From Candidatus Woesearchaeota archaeon (GTDB lineage Archaea; Nanobdellota; Nanobdellia; Woesearchaeales; WJIZ01): a stretch of 45,397 nucleotides of DNA. Position 1 is the first letter of the stretch; each line of letters begins with the position of its first letter. The DNA is taken from assembly GCA_018221205.1 (NCBI GenBank), contig JAAOYF010000014.1, positions 1-45,397 of the forward strand, given 5' to 3'. Below the pieces are notes generated by a model. It was not told the DNA's origin. It ran no database searches and saw only the letters and a list, made by a program, of their open reading frames with translations. Both the position numbers and the translations under genes were made by a program. Shown piece after piece: positions 1 to 9,330 of the stretch.

Positions 1-259
1 CAACCATATTGATCCGGTAATAGTCTTCATGTTCAAATTTCTTGACCACAAAGCCCTGTATGTATCGTGCATTGCTATCTATGGAGTTAAGGTCGATGAA
101 TCGTGAAGCGATTTCCCCCGGTTCTTCTTCAAATTCGAAATAACCAGAAAATCCAGTCTTCTTGAGGCCGAAAAAGGCCAGATACATCATAAGGACAAAA
201 AGTAGAAGGACAAAAACGATACTGAGAAAATTCTCCTTTTTCTTTCTAGGTCTCCCCAT
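1..259 (-). CDS. Membrane-anchored hypothetical protein, truncated by the window start
   Basis: Manual translation from ATG at 259: MGRPRKKKENFLSIVFVLLLFVLMMYLAFFGLKKTGFSGYFEF..., a basic N-terminus plus hydrophobic helix, open to the window edge. AT-rich TATA-like sequence near 285-295. Confidence 0.7.
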   Translation of the reverse strand, partial: MGRPRKKKENFLSIVFVLLLFVLMMYLAFFGLKKTGFSGYFEFEEEPGEIASRFIDLNSIDSNARYIQGFVVKKFEHEDYYRINMV

Positions 260-347
260 CTTTTAACATGCAATCTACGAATATAATTTATAAATCTTTC
301 CTAGAAAAATACCTATCTATTAAATTCTCAAGAAGGGACAGAATAGA

Positions 348-1067
348 TTAACTACGTAATCTTTTCTCAGCAGCAAGAAGGGCCATCCCATTATTATACT
401 TCATGGTAGCATAAGGGGGTCCTTTTTTCTTCAGCCTTTTGATCTCGACCAGAAGGAGCACCATGCAGCGGACAATATTATCGACAATAGTGATGGTGGC
501 TGTCTTCGATGTCCGAGACTTCGGATTCAGATCAACAGTGATGACCTTTTTCTTATTCTTCACCAAAGCCTGGCACCTATCACCATCCTCAAGCGGAACA
601 AACACAACATCTGCTTTATAGATTCCCTCTTTATGCACATATTTCCTATTATGGTCAATACCTGAAATAGTAAATTGCCGTGAAGGCATCAAGACTTGAG
701 AAGCACCCAAATGAAGTAGTTCTTTCTTCATAGCCGATTCACGTTTCTTAGAGGTATGGAAGATATTCACCTCAAGAGGGGCAGGAATTGCCTTGCTCAG
801 CTGGATCAATTCCTTTCCCACTAAAGCAAGAACATTCCCATTCACAGAAATGATAGGATGTTTTGCTTTCAAAAGAAGACGGGCAGCAGCATCGATCGCC
901 TTAAGAGCAAAATCATGGGTCTTTTCCCCAAGAAGATAATCAAATGACTCTCCTCGACCATGAGCCATCAATCCTTCGAGAGAAGTGATGCCTTTCTCCA
1001 CTCCCCTGACAAGCTTCTGCTGTGTCGACAGCATGACATACCGAGGATGGGACTTGGGAATCTTCAT
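348..1067 (-). CDS. Phosphopantothenate synthetase (archaeal 4-phosphopantoate--beta-alanine ligase)
   Basis: IPKSHPRY, AHGRGESFDYLLGEKT, ISVNGN, VPLEDGDR and DLNPKSRT motifs of the archaeal PPS family; 4-bp overlap with pantoate kinase. Confidence 0.93.
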   Translation of the reverse strand: MKIPKSHPRYVMLSTQQKLVRGVEKGITSLEGLMAHGRGESFDYLLGEKTHDFALKAIDAAARLLLKAKHPIISVNGNVLALVGKELIQLSKAIPAPLEVNIFHTSKKRESAMKKELLHLGASQVLMPSRQFTISGIDHNRKYVHKEGIYKADVVFVPLEDGDRCQALVKNKKKVITVDLNPKSRTSKTATITIVDNIVRCMVLLLVEIKRLKKKGPPYATMKYNNGMALLAAEKRLRS

Positions 1068-1861
1068 AAGAGATAGGCACCTTTCTTTGATATATATGCT
1101 TTTTTACTTCCAGCAAAAGAAAGAGTGCTGAAGACAGCATTCCCCAGCATGATCATAGAAGCTCTCCCACCTTTCTGTTCAACAGAATGGATGATTCTCT
1201 TCACTTGAGCATGCCTCAACAACCCACTTTCAACTGCAAATTGCTTTGATATTTCCACAAGCCTCTCAAAAGAGCCATTGTTTATCTTTTTCAAGGCTTT
1301 ATCACCAGCTTTATTGATCAAAAATTCTTTCCTCTTACTATTGATTATCTTTTTAGTCTCGATAGGCCCAAAAACACGATAGTAGATAGCATCCTGCTTG
1401 CAAGCTAATCTTCTGACAGACAAAGGATCTGCTTTATTCTTCTTGATCATCACACCACCAGTGAACTGTCCGCCGACATCCCCTAATCCAGTCCGATGCT
1501 TAACTTCACTTTCATGAGCTATCAATCCTAGTTCTCTTTTTGCCTTCCCCAGTTTAAGCAGTTTATTCACAGCAAAGGCAACAGCCAAAGCGCTTGCACC
1601 GCTCATGCCGAAACCACAGCCGAAAGGAAAGTCACTTTTGAGAGCAACCCCAACCGGCTCGTTTGTCAATCGTTTGACAACTTCTTTCACCGTCGGAAAA
1701 GAAGCCCTTTTCCCATTGATCATAACTACCTGTTTTCCTTTTTTCACAGAAGCAACAACACCTTTTTTCAAGGTAAAACCGACTCCTAATGAGCCCCTTT
1801 TGCCTTTATGCCGATAGATCCGAAAGATACAGCTCACATTAGCAGGCGCAAACGCTTTCAT
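1064..1861 (-). CDS. Pantoate kinase (GHMP kinase family)
   Basis: AFAPANVSCIF, GSLGVGFTL, GHMP loop PFGCGFGMSGA, AHESEV..TGLGDV and MIMLGNAVF; lies between coaBC and PPS. Confidence 0.92.
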   Translation of the reverse strand: MKAFAPANVSCIFRIYRHKGKRGSLGVGFTLKKGVVASVKKGKQVVMINGKRASFPTVKEVVKRLTNEPVGVALKSDFPFGCGFGMSGASALAVAFAVNKLLKLGKAKRELGLIAHESEVKHRTGLGDVGGQFTGGVMIKKNKADPLSVRRLACKQDAIYYRVFGPIETKKIINSKRKEFLINKAGDKALKKINNGSFERLVEISKQFAVESGLLRHAQVKRIIHSVEQKGGRASMIMLGNAVFSTLSFAGSKKAYISKKGAYLL

Positions 1862-3030
1862 TTCGCAACCTCATCGATGATGTAAGAAGCAATAACCTCT
1901 TTTGATGCTTTTGGAAGCTTCTTCACACCGTGTTTTCTTACGATAGTCACTTGATTATCATCTGAACCGATAAATTTAGCATTGTTAGCGACAATGAAGT
2001 CTGCTTGAGACTTTTTCAGCAACTCTTTCGCCTTCTCTTGCAGTCCAGAAGTGTCAGCTTTGAATCCTACTAAGAGAATATTCTTCTTCATCTTCTTGAT
2101 TCTATCGATGATCTTGATGTTAGGCACTAAAGTAAGCTTCAATTCTTCTTGAGAGGAGATTTTCCCTGTCCGTTTCCTCACCAAAAAATCACTCACAGCA
2201 GCAGCATGCAGAATAATATGGGCTTTCTTGGCATTTTTCTTAAGAGCATCTAACAATTCCATTGAACCATTGACTTTGATATCCTCAACAACAACACCCG
2301 GCTCCACATCAGTCCTTCCCCTGATGAGTGTAACAGCAGCCCCCCTTCTGAAGCACTCCTCTGCTAACGCAATGCCCATCTTTCCAGAGCTTCTGTTAGT
2401 CAGAACACGAACATCATCAATCTCCTCTTCAAGAGCACCAGCTGTAACAATGATTTTCTTACCTTTCAGCTGAGTTCTTTTCTTCATCAGCGTCTCGACA
2501 CCCTTCTCAATCTTTCCGAGATCAGCCAATCTGCCAACTCCAGTGTAGCCGCATGCCAGGCTGCCTTCTTCAGGATGGATGAAATGGAATCCACGTTTCT
2601 TAAGAAGAGAGATATTGTTTTGCGTTGCCTTGTTCTTCCACATATTCACATTCATCGACGGACATAATAAGATAGAGGCCCGAGTAGCAAGGACAGTTGT
2701 CGTCAACAGATCCTCTCCAATACCATGGGCCATTTTAGCAAGGGTATTCGCTGTACAAGGAGCAATCACCATGACAGCCGCCTTATCTGCTAATCCGATA
2801 TGATCGACTTTCCTCTGCTTCAGCACTTTTTTGTAATCAAATCCTTTGGGAAAAAGCTCAGAAGCAACCTTATTCCCAGAAGCTTTAGCAAATTCCTTAG
2901 GAGAGATCATCCGCTTGGCAGAATCAGTCATGACCACAATGACATTATGCTTCTTTCGAAGCTTTTTCACAAGATCAAGGATCTTATATGCAGCGATTCC
3001 TGAACTGACCCCCACAAGTACAGTTGTCAT
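1858..3030 (-). CDS. coaBC: Bifunctional phosphopantothenoylcysteine decarboxylase/synthase
   Basis: GVSSGIAAYK, APCTANTLAK, PSMNVNMW, LACGYTGVGRL, NRSSGKMG, AAAVSDF and VGFK motifs. Confidence 0.96.
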   Translation of the reverse strand: MTTVLVGVSSGIAAYKILDLVKKLRKKHNVIVVMTDSAKRMISPKEFAKASGNKVASELFPKGFDYKKVLKQRKVDHIGLADKAAVMVIAPCTANTLAKMAHGIGEDLLTTTVLATRASILLCPSMNVNMWKNKATQNNISLLKKRGFHFIHPEEGSLACGYTGVGRLADLGKIEKGVETLMKKRTQLKGKKIIVTAGALEEEIDDVRVLTNRSSGKMGIALAEECFRRGAAVTLIRGRTDVEPGVVVEDIKVNGSMELLDALKKNAKKAHIILHAAAVSDFLVRKRTGKISSQEELKLTLVPNIKIIDRIKKMKKNILLVGFKADTSGLQEKAKELLKKSQADFIVANNAKFIGSDDNQVTIVRKHGVKKLPKASKEVIASYIIDEVAK

Positions 3031-3062
3031 GATGCAAAGGAGAAAAAGTCCTTTTATAATAT

Positions 3063-3812
3063 TTACTTAAATGACTCTTCCTCAGAAGGAAAACTGCCTT
3101 TTTTCACATCAGAAGAATACTGCTCAACAGCCTTACTCACTTCTTTCTTCAGGTCAGCGTACTGCCGGACAAATTTAGCCTGAAGATCAGGATACAATCC
3201 CAGCATATCATAGCTCACAAGAACTTGCCCATCAACTTTATTACCCGCGCCTATGCCGATAGTAGGGATAGTAAGTGCATTGGTGATCTCCTTAGCCAAA
3301 GAATTAGGCACACACTCGATAATCAGGACAAAGGCACCAATTTCCTCCATCTTTGTAGCCTGCGAAATAATCTCTTCCCCTCTGACAACACCTAGTTTCT
3401 CAGCAGTCTGAGGCAATAATCCAAGGTGTGCCACAACAGAAACATCATTCTTGACTAAAAATTCAACAATCTCAGGTTTTCCTTCAGGTTTGACAGAATG
3501 GGCACCAGCAGATATCAATTTTCGAGCATTTTCCAAAGCCCCTTCTTTAGTCTCATAGCTTCCATAAGGCAGATCTCCTACAATATGGGTATCAGTAGCT
3601 CCTCGAGAGACAGCTTCGACATGCCGTATCATATCTTGCATAGTAACTTTCTTGGTCCGTTCATAACCAAGGACAACATTTCCCAAAGAATCTCCCACAA
3701 GGATCATATCAACTTTACCATCCATTGCTTTGGCAAAGCTATAATCATAACAGGTAAGCATAGAGATTTTCTCTTTTCCTTTCATATCTTTCAGTTCTTC
3801 TGCAGACTTCAT
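3063..3812 (-). CDS. panB: 3-methyl-2-oxobutanoate hydroxymethyltransferase
   Basis: MLTCYDYSFA, ILVGDSLG, GDLPYGSY, HLGLLPQ and PTIGIGAG..DGQVLV motifs. Confidence 0.96.
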   Translation of the reverse strand: MKSAEELKDMKGKEKISMLTCYDYSFAKAMDGKVDMILVGDSLGNVVLGYERTKKVTMQDMIRHVEAVSRGATDTHIVGDLPYGSYETKEGALENARKLISAGAHSVKPEGKPEIVEFLVKNDVSVVAHLGLLPQTAEKLGVVRGEEIISQATKMEEIGAFVLIIECVPNSLAKEITNALTIPTIGIGAGNKVDGQVLVSYDMLGLYPDLQAKFVRQYADLKKEVSKAVEQYSSDVKKGSFPSEEESFK

Positions 3813-3884
3813 AGGTTAAGCTAATAAATCACCTTTTTTAAATGATTCGTTAACTTCTTATACCGCTTCTCTTCTTCCTACCTT

Positions 3885-4640
3885 ATGGTACCCTTGATTG
3901 ACATCCATTGCCACCTGGATTTCCCAGAGCTCTATGAACAGATAGAGGAAGTCATCAAGAAAGCCCAGAAAGCACAAGTAGAGATCATTCTCACCAACGG
4001 CATAGATCCAAAGACAAACAGGATTGCATTAGAACTGGCAGAAAAATATGGCAGTGTCGAATCCGCATTAGGTTTCTACCCTCCGGATTACAGCAGAAAA
4101 GCATTCAATGAAGAAGAATTCAGCGATGAATTAGCATTCATCAGCAAAAATAAGGATAAGATAGCAGCTATCGGCGAAATAGGTATGGATTATAAGAATG
4201 TCAAGGACAAAGAGCTCCAAAAGATGATCTTCACCAAACTTGTAAAGCTGGCAAAAAACATAGACAAGCCCATGCTCATACATTCAAGAAAAGCAGAGGA
4301 AGATGTTATCGATATCCTCGAGAAAGAAGGAGCAAAAAAAGTCATCATGCATTGCTTTTCAGGAAAAAAGAAGCTCATAGAAAGAGCTTCAGACTTAGGA
4401 TACTATTTTTCCATCCCGACTGCAGTCGTAAAGTCAGAACAATTCCAGGAAACAATAAAAATCGTCCCCATAAACCAATTGTTCGCAGAGACAGATGCAC
4501 CATTCCTCTCCCCATTCAAAGACAAGAGAAACGAACCAGCTTTCATCGTAGAATCCTACAAGAAGATTGCAGAAATCAAGAACATGACTCTTGAAGAAGT
4601 AAGAAATAATATCTTCATGAATTGGCAGGGATTATTCTAG
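3885..4640 (+). CDS. tatD: TatD family metal-dependent nuclease
   Basis: IDIHCHLD, AIGEIGMDY, IHSRKAE, MHCFSG, ETDAPFLSP and NEP motifs. Confidence 0.93.
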   Translation: MVPLIDIHCHLDFPELYEQIEEVIKKAQKAQVEIILTNGIDPKTNRIALELAEKYGSVESALGFYPPDYSRKAFNEEEFSDELAFISKNKDKIAAIGEIGMDYKNVKDKELQKMIFTKLVKLAKNIDKPMLIHSRKAEEDVIDILEKEGAKKVIMHCFSGKKKLIERASDLGYYFSIPTAVVKSEQFQETIKIVPINQLFAETDAPFLSPFKDKRNEPAFIVESYKKIAEIKNMTLEEVRNNIFMNWQGLF

Positions 4641-4642
4641 GA

Positions 4643-5632
4643 TTATAGGGCAACTACACCTTCATCCATAAGGTCTTCCAACCCACGCCGATCTTCTTGT
4701 GTATTATCATAATCGTAACTTGCTCCAACATCGGTGATAGGGATAAGCAAAGCACCCTTCTCTATGCACAAAGTCTGCCCTATAGCCTTAGCGAGTTCTT
4801 TTACAGTCAACTTTTTGGTCGAATATTTGCTGATGACTTTTCCGAGGCCAAATTCCCTAAGAAAAGTTTTCAGCCGATGTTGCACGGCATTGGACAGGAG
4901 TTTTCTCATCGAATAGAAAGTATTGGCCATATCAATATCTATATCAAAAGGATTCGCTATAATGTATGAACCTATCCTAAAACCATGTCGGTGAGTCACC
5001 CATGTCCGGAACCTTCCAGTAAGATCGTAGGCAGTATCATTGACTAAGAAGAGGTATTTTCGATGGAATGCCTTTCTCCAGGCCGGTCGCTCCACCATAC
5101 TGATGATAGGACTGATGACACTTGCCCAATCTAAGAAAGGTTCAATCTCTTTAAGGAAATTCTCTATACCTTCTCTTGAAGTAAGAGGAGAATCGCAAGC
5201 CATGAATAAGGCATGTTCTCTTTTACCATAAGCCCCAGTTGCCATATATGCTTTCACTGCATTTCCAGCTATAGAATCAGTTGGCAAATCCTCACCTACT
5301 GTGAACGTACCATATGCTTCTTCAGGAAGAGGGTCTGTCTGTTCTATGATCTCCTTGAATGCTCGAGAGGTTCGCAGCCAAGGATGTAGTTTACCTTCAA
5401 GCTGGTTCCTATCTCCGACAATAACGATTTCATCGATAGCTTCAATAGAATCAAGCTTTTGCAGTGTAGGGAGAATAAGGGGAACACGCTCGACTCCCCT
5501 CCCATATCTGATCTTCAGATCTTTGATAGCCTTATATCCCGGATCAAACTGCTCCCCATAAGCAGAGAGCTGTCTTTGATAATCAGCAAGTTCTTCTTTC
5601 CTGTACCCAGCCATGACTATTGCACTGACCAT
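4643..5632 (-). CDS. Nucleotidyltransferase family protein (MobA/NTP_transf-like fold), substrate unknown
   Basis: N-terminal SAIVMAG, KA, IDEIVIVG, LFMACDSPL and C-terminal DYD, typical of GT-A-like NTP transferases. Confidence 0.6.
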   Translation of the reverse strand: MVSAIVMAGYRKEELADYQRQLSAYGEQFDPGYKAIKDLKIRYGRGVERVPLILPTLQKLDSIEAIDEIVIVGDRNQLEGKLHPWLRTSRAFKEIIEQTDPLPEEAYGTFTVGEDLPTDSIAGNAVKAYMATGAYGKREHALFMACDSPLTSREGIENFLKEIEPFLDWASVISPIISMVERPAWRKAFHRKYLFLVNDTAYDLTGRFRTWVTHRHGFRIGSYIIANPFDIDIDMANTFYSMRKLLSNAVQHRLKTFLREFGLGKVISKYSTKKLTVKELAKAIGQTLCIEKGALLIPITDVGASYDYDNTQEDRRGLEDLMDEGVVAL

Positions 5633-5698
5633 AGGGAGAAGAATATTTTCCCATTTATAAGCATAAACTATTTATACTCACTCCCCCATAGAGATAAT

Positions 5699-5920
5699 AT
5701 GAAGATTACCATCGACACCAAAGAGGATTCACATACCGAAATAGCAAAGCTCATCAAGATGCTGCAGCATCTCATTAATCACCATGAGTATACAGAACAA
5801 GGCCCTTCTGAAGAAGCAACACAAGCGTTCGGTAACATGTTTGGCGAGACTCCGACAGTGGCAGAACCAGAACAAGAAGTGCAGGAAGACGAGTCCAGTC
5901 CAGATATCCAATTATACTGA
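5699..5920 (+). CDS. Small acidic hypothetical protein (73 aa)
   Basis: Likely real start MKITIDTKEDSHTEIAKLIKML at ATG 5699, about 25 bp after TTTATA (5671-5676). The longer track ORF from 5459 overlaps the opposite-strand gene. Confidence 0.7.
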   Translation: MKITIDTKEDSHTEIAKLIKMLQHLINHHEYTEQGPSEEATQAFGNMFGETPTVAEPEQEVQEDESSPDIQLY

Positions 5921-5965
5921 AAATCCTCCTAAAACCTTATATAATCTCCAAGAATTCTTTGCACT

Positions 5966-6382
5966 ATGAAAAAGTTCGAGTTTATCGACCATACAGCAGA
6001 TGCAAAGTTCATCGCCTATGGAAAGGACATAGAAGAAGCATTCACAAATGCAGCCTTAGCTTTCATTACATTAGTTACCGATATCCATAAGGTCAAGCCA
6101 AAGCAAGAAAAGACTATTGAGATAGCCGCAGAAAAAAAGCAGTCCTTGTTGTTTGATTTCCTTGAGGAACTTATCTACTTGATGGACACAGAAGGCTTCT
6201 TGCTTCATGACATACCTGAACTGAAGATCGAAAAGAAAGATAAGTACACTCTTAAAGCAAGAGTAAGGGGAGATGCAGGAGATTACGAAATCCTTACTCA
6301 GATCAAAGCCATGACTTATAGCGATATGTTTATTAAGGAAACTGAAGGCAAAGTAGAGATACAAGTGGTGCCAGACATATGA
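5966..6382 (+). CDS. Archease (RtcB activating cofactor)
   Basis: FEFIDHTAD, IKAMTYSDM and C-terminal VVPDI; immediately upstream of rtcB. Confidence 0.93.
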   Translation: MKKFEFIDHTADAKFIAYGKDIEEAFTNAALAFITLVTDIHKVKPKQEKTIEIAAEKKQSLLFDFLEELIYLMDTEGFLLHDIPELKIEKKDKYTLKARVRGDAGDYEILTQIKAMTYSDMFIKETEGKVEIQVVPDI

Positions 6383-6440
6383 CAAATGAGCAGAAGCGAT
6401 TTTGTCATATCAGGGCAATCGGAGATTGACCGCATATGAC
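6376..6440. repeat. 57-bp-period hairpin-containing insertion flanked by the 8-bp direct repeat CATATGAC
   Basis: CATATGAC at 6376-6383 and 6433-6440; internal inverted repeats ATATGACAAA/TTTGTCATAT and CAATC-GGA-GATTG. Confidence 0.6.
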
Positions 6441-7872
6441 TGAAATAAAACCAAAAAAACTGAATGAGTATTCTTATCTTATTGAAAAGCATGGAGATAT
6501 GAACGTCCCAGTAAAGATTTTCGCCTCAGAAGAGATGCTCGAAAAGATGATGCAGGATAGATGCATCCAGCAAGGCATAAATGTAGCGTGCTTACCCGGA
6601 ATAAAAGGATTCTCAATCATGATGCCTGACGCCCATCAAGGATATGGCTTCAGTATAGGTGGAGTAGCAGCCATAGATGCAGAGAACGGATGCATCAGTC
6701 CAGGAGGAGTAGGATTTGATATCGGTTGTGGTGTACGGCTTCTTCAGACAAATCTAAAAAAAGATGAGATCTATCCAAAGATCCACCAGCTGCTTGACAA
6801 ATTATTTGAGAGCATACCCCCTGGAATAGGGGCAAAATCAAAATTCCGATTAGATGATACAGAATTGGACAAAGTCCTCAACACAGGAGTGGATTGGGCA
6901 GTAAAGAACAACTATGGAACAAAAGAAGACCAGGAGAACTGTGAAAGCCAAGGAAAACTGACAGAAGCAGATGCCGCAATCATCAGCCCGAAAGCAAAGA
7001 AACGTGGAAGAGGGCAATTAGGCACGTTAGGCTCTGGAAATCATTTTATCGAGGTCCAATATGTCAACAAGATATACAATAAAGAGGTGGCAGAAATATT
7101 CGGCCTGAAAGAAGAAGGCCAAGTCGTAATAATGATACACTGCGGCTCTCGTGGCCTAGGACATCAGACCTGTTCTGAATTCTTACGGAAATTAGAGGAG
7201 ACTTATCCAGATGTTATGGCTTCTTTACCAGAAAAAGATCTTATCTATGCTCCTGCAAAGAGCCAGATGGCAAAAGAGTACTATAAAGCAATGTGCGCCT
7301 CTGCAAATTTCGCCTGGACCAATCGTCATATGATAGGCCACCAGACAAGACTGGCTTTCAAGGAAGTGTTTGGAGAAAAAACAGAACTGAAAACAGTCTA
7401 CGATGTCCACCATAATATAGCAAAACTGGAAGAGCATACGTTCGATGGAAAGAGATGCAAGGTATGGGTCCATCGGAAAGGCGCAACAAGAGCCTTTGGC
7501 CCAAACATGCCTGACTTACCGAAAGACTACAAGAAAGTGGGTCAACCGATCTTGATTCCTGGAAGCATGGGCACCAGTTCCTGGGTTTTAGTAGGAACAG
7601 CTGAATCCATGGACGAAAGCTTCGGCTCCACAGCCCATGGCGCTGGAAGGATGATGTCAAGGAAGCAGGCCAACCAGACATGGAGGGGGGATCAATTGAA
7701 GAAGGATCTGGAAAGAGAGAAGATCTACATCAAAGCAGCTTCCTGGAGAGGCATAACTGAAGAGGCCCCAGGCGCCTATAAAGACGTCGATGAAGTCGTG
7801 AATGTCTCAGATAAAGCAGGCATAGGAAAATTAGTCGCTCAGTTGAAACCGATAGGAGTAGTCAAAGGTTAG
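6436..7872 (+). CDS. rtcB: RNA-splicing ligase RtcB
   Basis: MPDAHQGYGFSIGGV, GFDIGCGVR, GTLGSGNHFIEVQ, HCGSRGLGHQ, VHRKGATRA, IPGSMG, HGAGR and EEAPGAYKDV motifs. Confidence 0.97.
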   Translation: MTEIKPKKLNEYSYLIEKHGDMNVPVKIFASEEMLEKMMQDRCIQQGINVACLPGIKGFSIMMPDAHQGYGFSIGGVAAIDAENGCISPGGVGFDIGCGVRLLQTNLKKDEIYPKIHQLLDKLFESIPPGIGAKSKFRLDDTELDKVLNTGVDWAVKNNYGTKEDQENCESQGKLTEADAAIISPKAKKRGRGQLGTLGSGNHFIEVQYVNKIYNKEVAEIFGLKEEGQVVIMIHCGSRGLGHQTCSEFLRKLEETYPDVMASLPEKDLIYAPAKSQMAKEYYKAMCASANFAWTNRHMIGHQTRLAFKEVFGEKTELKTVYDVHHNIAKLEEHTFDGKRCKVWVHRKGATRAFGPNMPDLPKDYKKVGQPILIPGSMGTSSWVLVGTAESMDESFGSTAHGAGRMMSRKQANQTWRGDQLKKDLEREKIYIKAASWRGITEEAPGAYKDVDEVVNVSDKAGIGKLVAQLKPIGVVKG

Positions 7873-8576
7873 CTGATTACTTTGCTTGTCTTGGTAAGAT
7901 ACTCATCTGTTTCTCGATCATAAAGCCTTAGTTCAATCGTTTCTTCTGCACTCTGCGGATCAAAGAACGTGCTGTCAAACTTATCAATCGTCAGGCTGAC
8001 ACTTTGTCCTTTCTTGAATATCGCCAAAGACAATGCAGCCCTGATCTTATTCTCGATGACATCTGAAGAATCCTCATCATACCAGTGGACCCTGACATCA
8101 GGCTTGAAATTTTTCCACCTGTTATCCATCCTAAACTGGATGCTCGTCATCCTCGTTGGCCTGTCATTATTATCAGCATCTTTCTCATACACCATATCTA
8201 AGATGGTGAGATCAAAATTGCCTGCGAATGGAACAACAGTCCCATTGGTCTCTTCTGTCGCTTCCACAATCTCTTCAACAGCTTCAGTAACCTCTTCCTC
8301 TGGATTCGTAACTGAGTTGACCGTTATTTCAGGTTCTTCAATGACAGTGTCTGCAACAACTACCCCAGTAAGATTATTCTCTCCACAGTTCTTGTCGACA
8401 GGGTCGATATAGATGACTGCAATTAATGCAATGATGATGAGAATGTATACAGACCTCTCCAAGAACCTTTTATCCAAAGTGAGGGTGATCTTTACCTTTT
8501 TCTCAGGCTCTTCCTTCGGCTGCTCTTTAGGTCTATCAGTGCTGATATCCACGATTGAATCAAAAGGATTGCCCAT
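7869..8576 (-). CDS. Single-pass membrane hypothetical protein
   Basis: 235-aa ORF with TM helix VYILIIIALIAVIYI, an NLTGVVV motif, an acidic linker and a beta-rich C-terminal domain. Confidence 0.75.
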   Translation of the reverse strand: MGNPFDSIVDISTDRPKEQPKEEPEKKVKITLTLDKRFLERSVYILIIIALIAVIYIDPVDKNCGENNLTGVVVADTVIEEPEITVNSVTNPEEEVTEAVEEIVEATEETNGTVVPFAGNFDLTILDMVYEKDADNNDRPTRMTSIQFRMDNRWKNFKPDVRVHWYDEDSSDVIENKIRAALSLAIFKKGQSVSLTIDKFDSTFFDPQSAEETIELRLYDRETDEYLTKTSKVIS

Positions 8577-8646
8577 TTTCGTATTTTTTAATGCATATCT
8601 TCTATTTAAATATTTGCATACTGGTATAGTCTATGCTATATCAAAA

Positions 8647-9324
8647 TCACAGCTCAATGATTTTCCCTTTTCTGCCGACGTTGATGACTTTTGTCTTGCC
8701 GACAATCTCCTCGATACCCTCTGCTTCATGCACATGGGAGCAAAGCAGGATATCCGGCTTGAATGTCGTGAGTGCTTTCTTCACACCAGTGCTTCCTGGA
8801 AAGAATTTCGTGAATTTCTCCATCTTCGTGCCTTCAGGATGCACGTGTGTCACCATGATCTTCTTTTTGAGGTATTTTATCTTGTCATAGCCTTTGTTCA
8901 ATAGCCCAAACATCTCCTCCTCGGGAATTTGGAACAGGCCTATGTTAGCTCCGCCAGCGCCAAAGATGCCCACTTCTTTATATTTGACAGAATAGCCATG
9001 GATATTTTTCGCATCATAGAGTTCTGCAAGAAAATCAGCTGTTGCGATAGTCTCATGATTGCCTGGAATAAGCAGCACTTTCTCCCCTCTTTTGACAAAC
9101 GGCCCGACAATACCTTCTGTGCTCTGTTCCATCATCGTCAGATCGCCGCAAAGGATGACTAGATCGACTTTCTCTTTCTTAGCCCTGACAGCAAGCTTCT
9201 CAGCAAGAGATCTATCACCATGTAGGTCTCCAGCCGCAAGTATTTTCAATTTTTTATGAGGATGGAGGCTTGTAGAACTCTGTTCTATATTGTCTCCAGC
9301 AGCAAGAATCTTTAATTTTTTCAT
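8647..9324 (-). CDS. Calcineurin-like metallophosphoesterase with a duplicated N-terminus
   Basis: GDLHG, CGDL, PGNHE, THVHP and SHVHE metal-binding motifs; KKLKILAAGD occurs twice at the N-terminus. Confidence 0.9.
   Translation of the reverse strand: MKKLKILAAGDNIEQSSTSLHPHKKLKILAAGDLHGDRSLAEKLAVRAKKEKVDLVILCGDLTMMEQSTEGIVGPFVKRGEKVLLIPGNHETIATADFLAELYDAKNIHGYSVKYKEVGIFGAGGANIGLFQIPEEEMFGLLNKGYDKIKYLKKKIMVTHVHPEGTKMEKFTKFFPGSTGVKKALTTFKPDILLCSHVHEAEGIEEIVGKTKVINVGRKGKIIEL
9226..9321 (-). repeat. 30-bp imperfect direct repeat (66-bp period) around a small hairpin, in frame within the metallophosphoesterase gene
   Basis: Copies at 9292-9321 and 9226-9255 differ only at 4 synonymous positions; the spacer contains TAGAAC-TCT-GTTCTA (9273-9287). 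Confidence 0.85.
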
Positions 9325-9330
9325 CGGAAC

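Noticed and set aside
6379..6438. TGA readthrough or selenocysteine extension of RtcB
   Set aside because: The upstream peptide has no RtcB-like character, RtcB is complete from 6436, and TGA is used as a normal stop in neighbouring genes.
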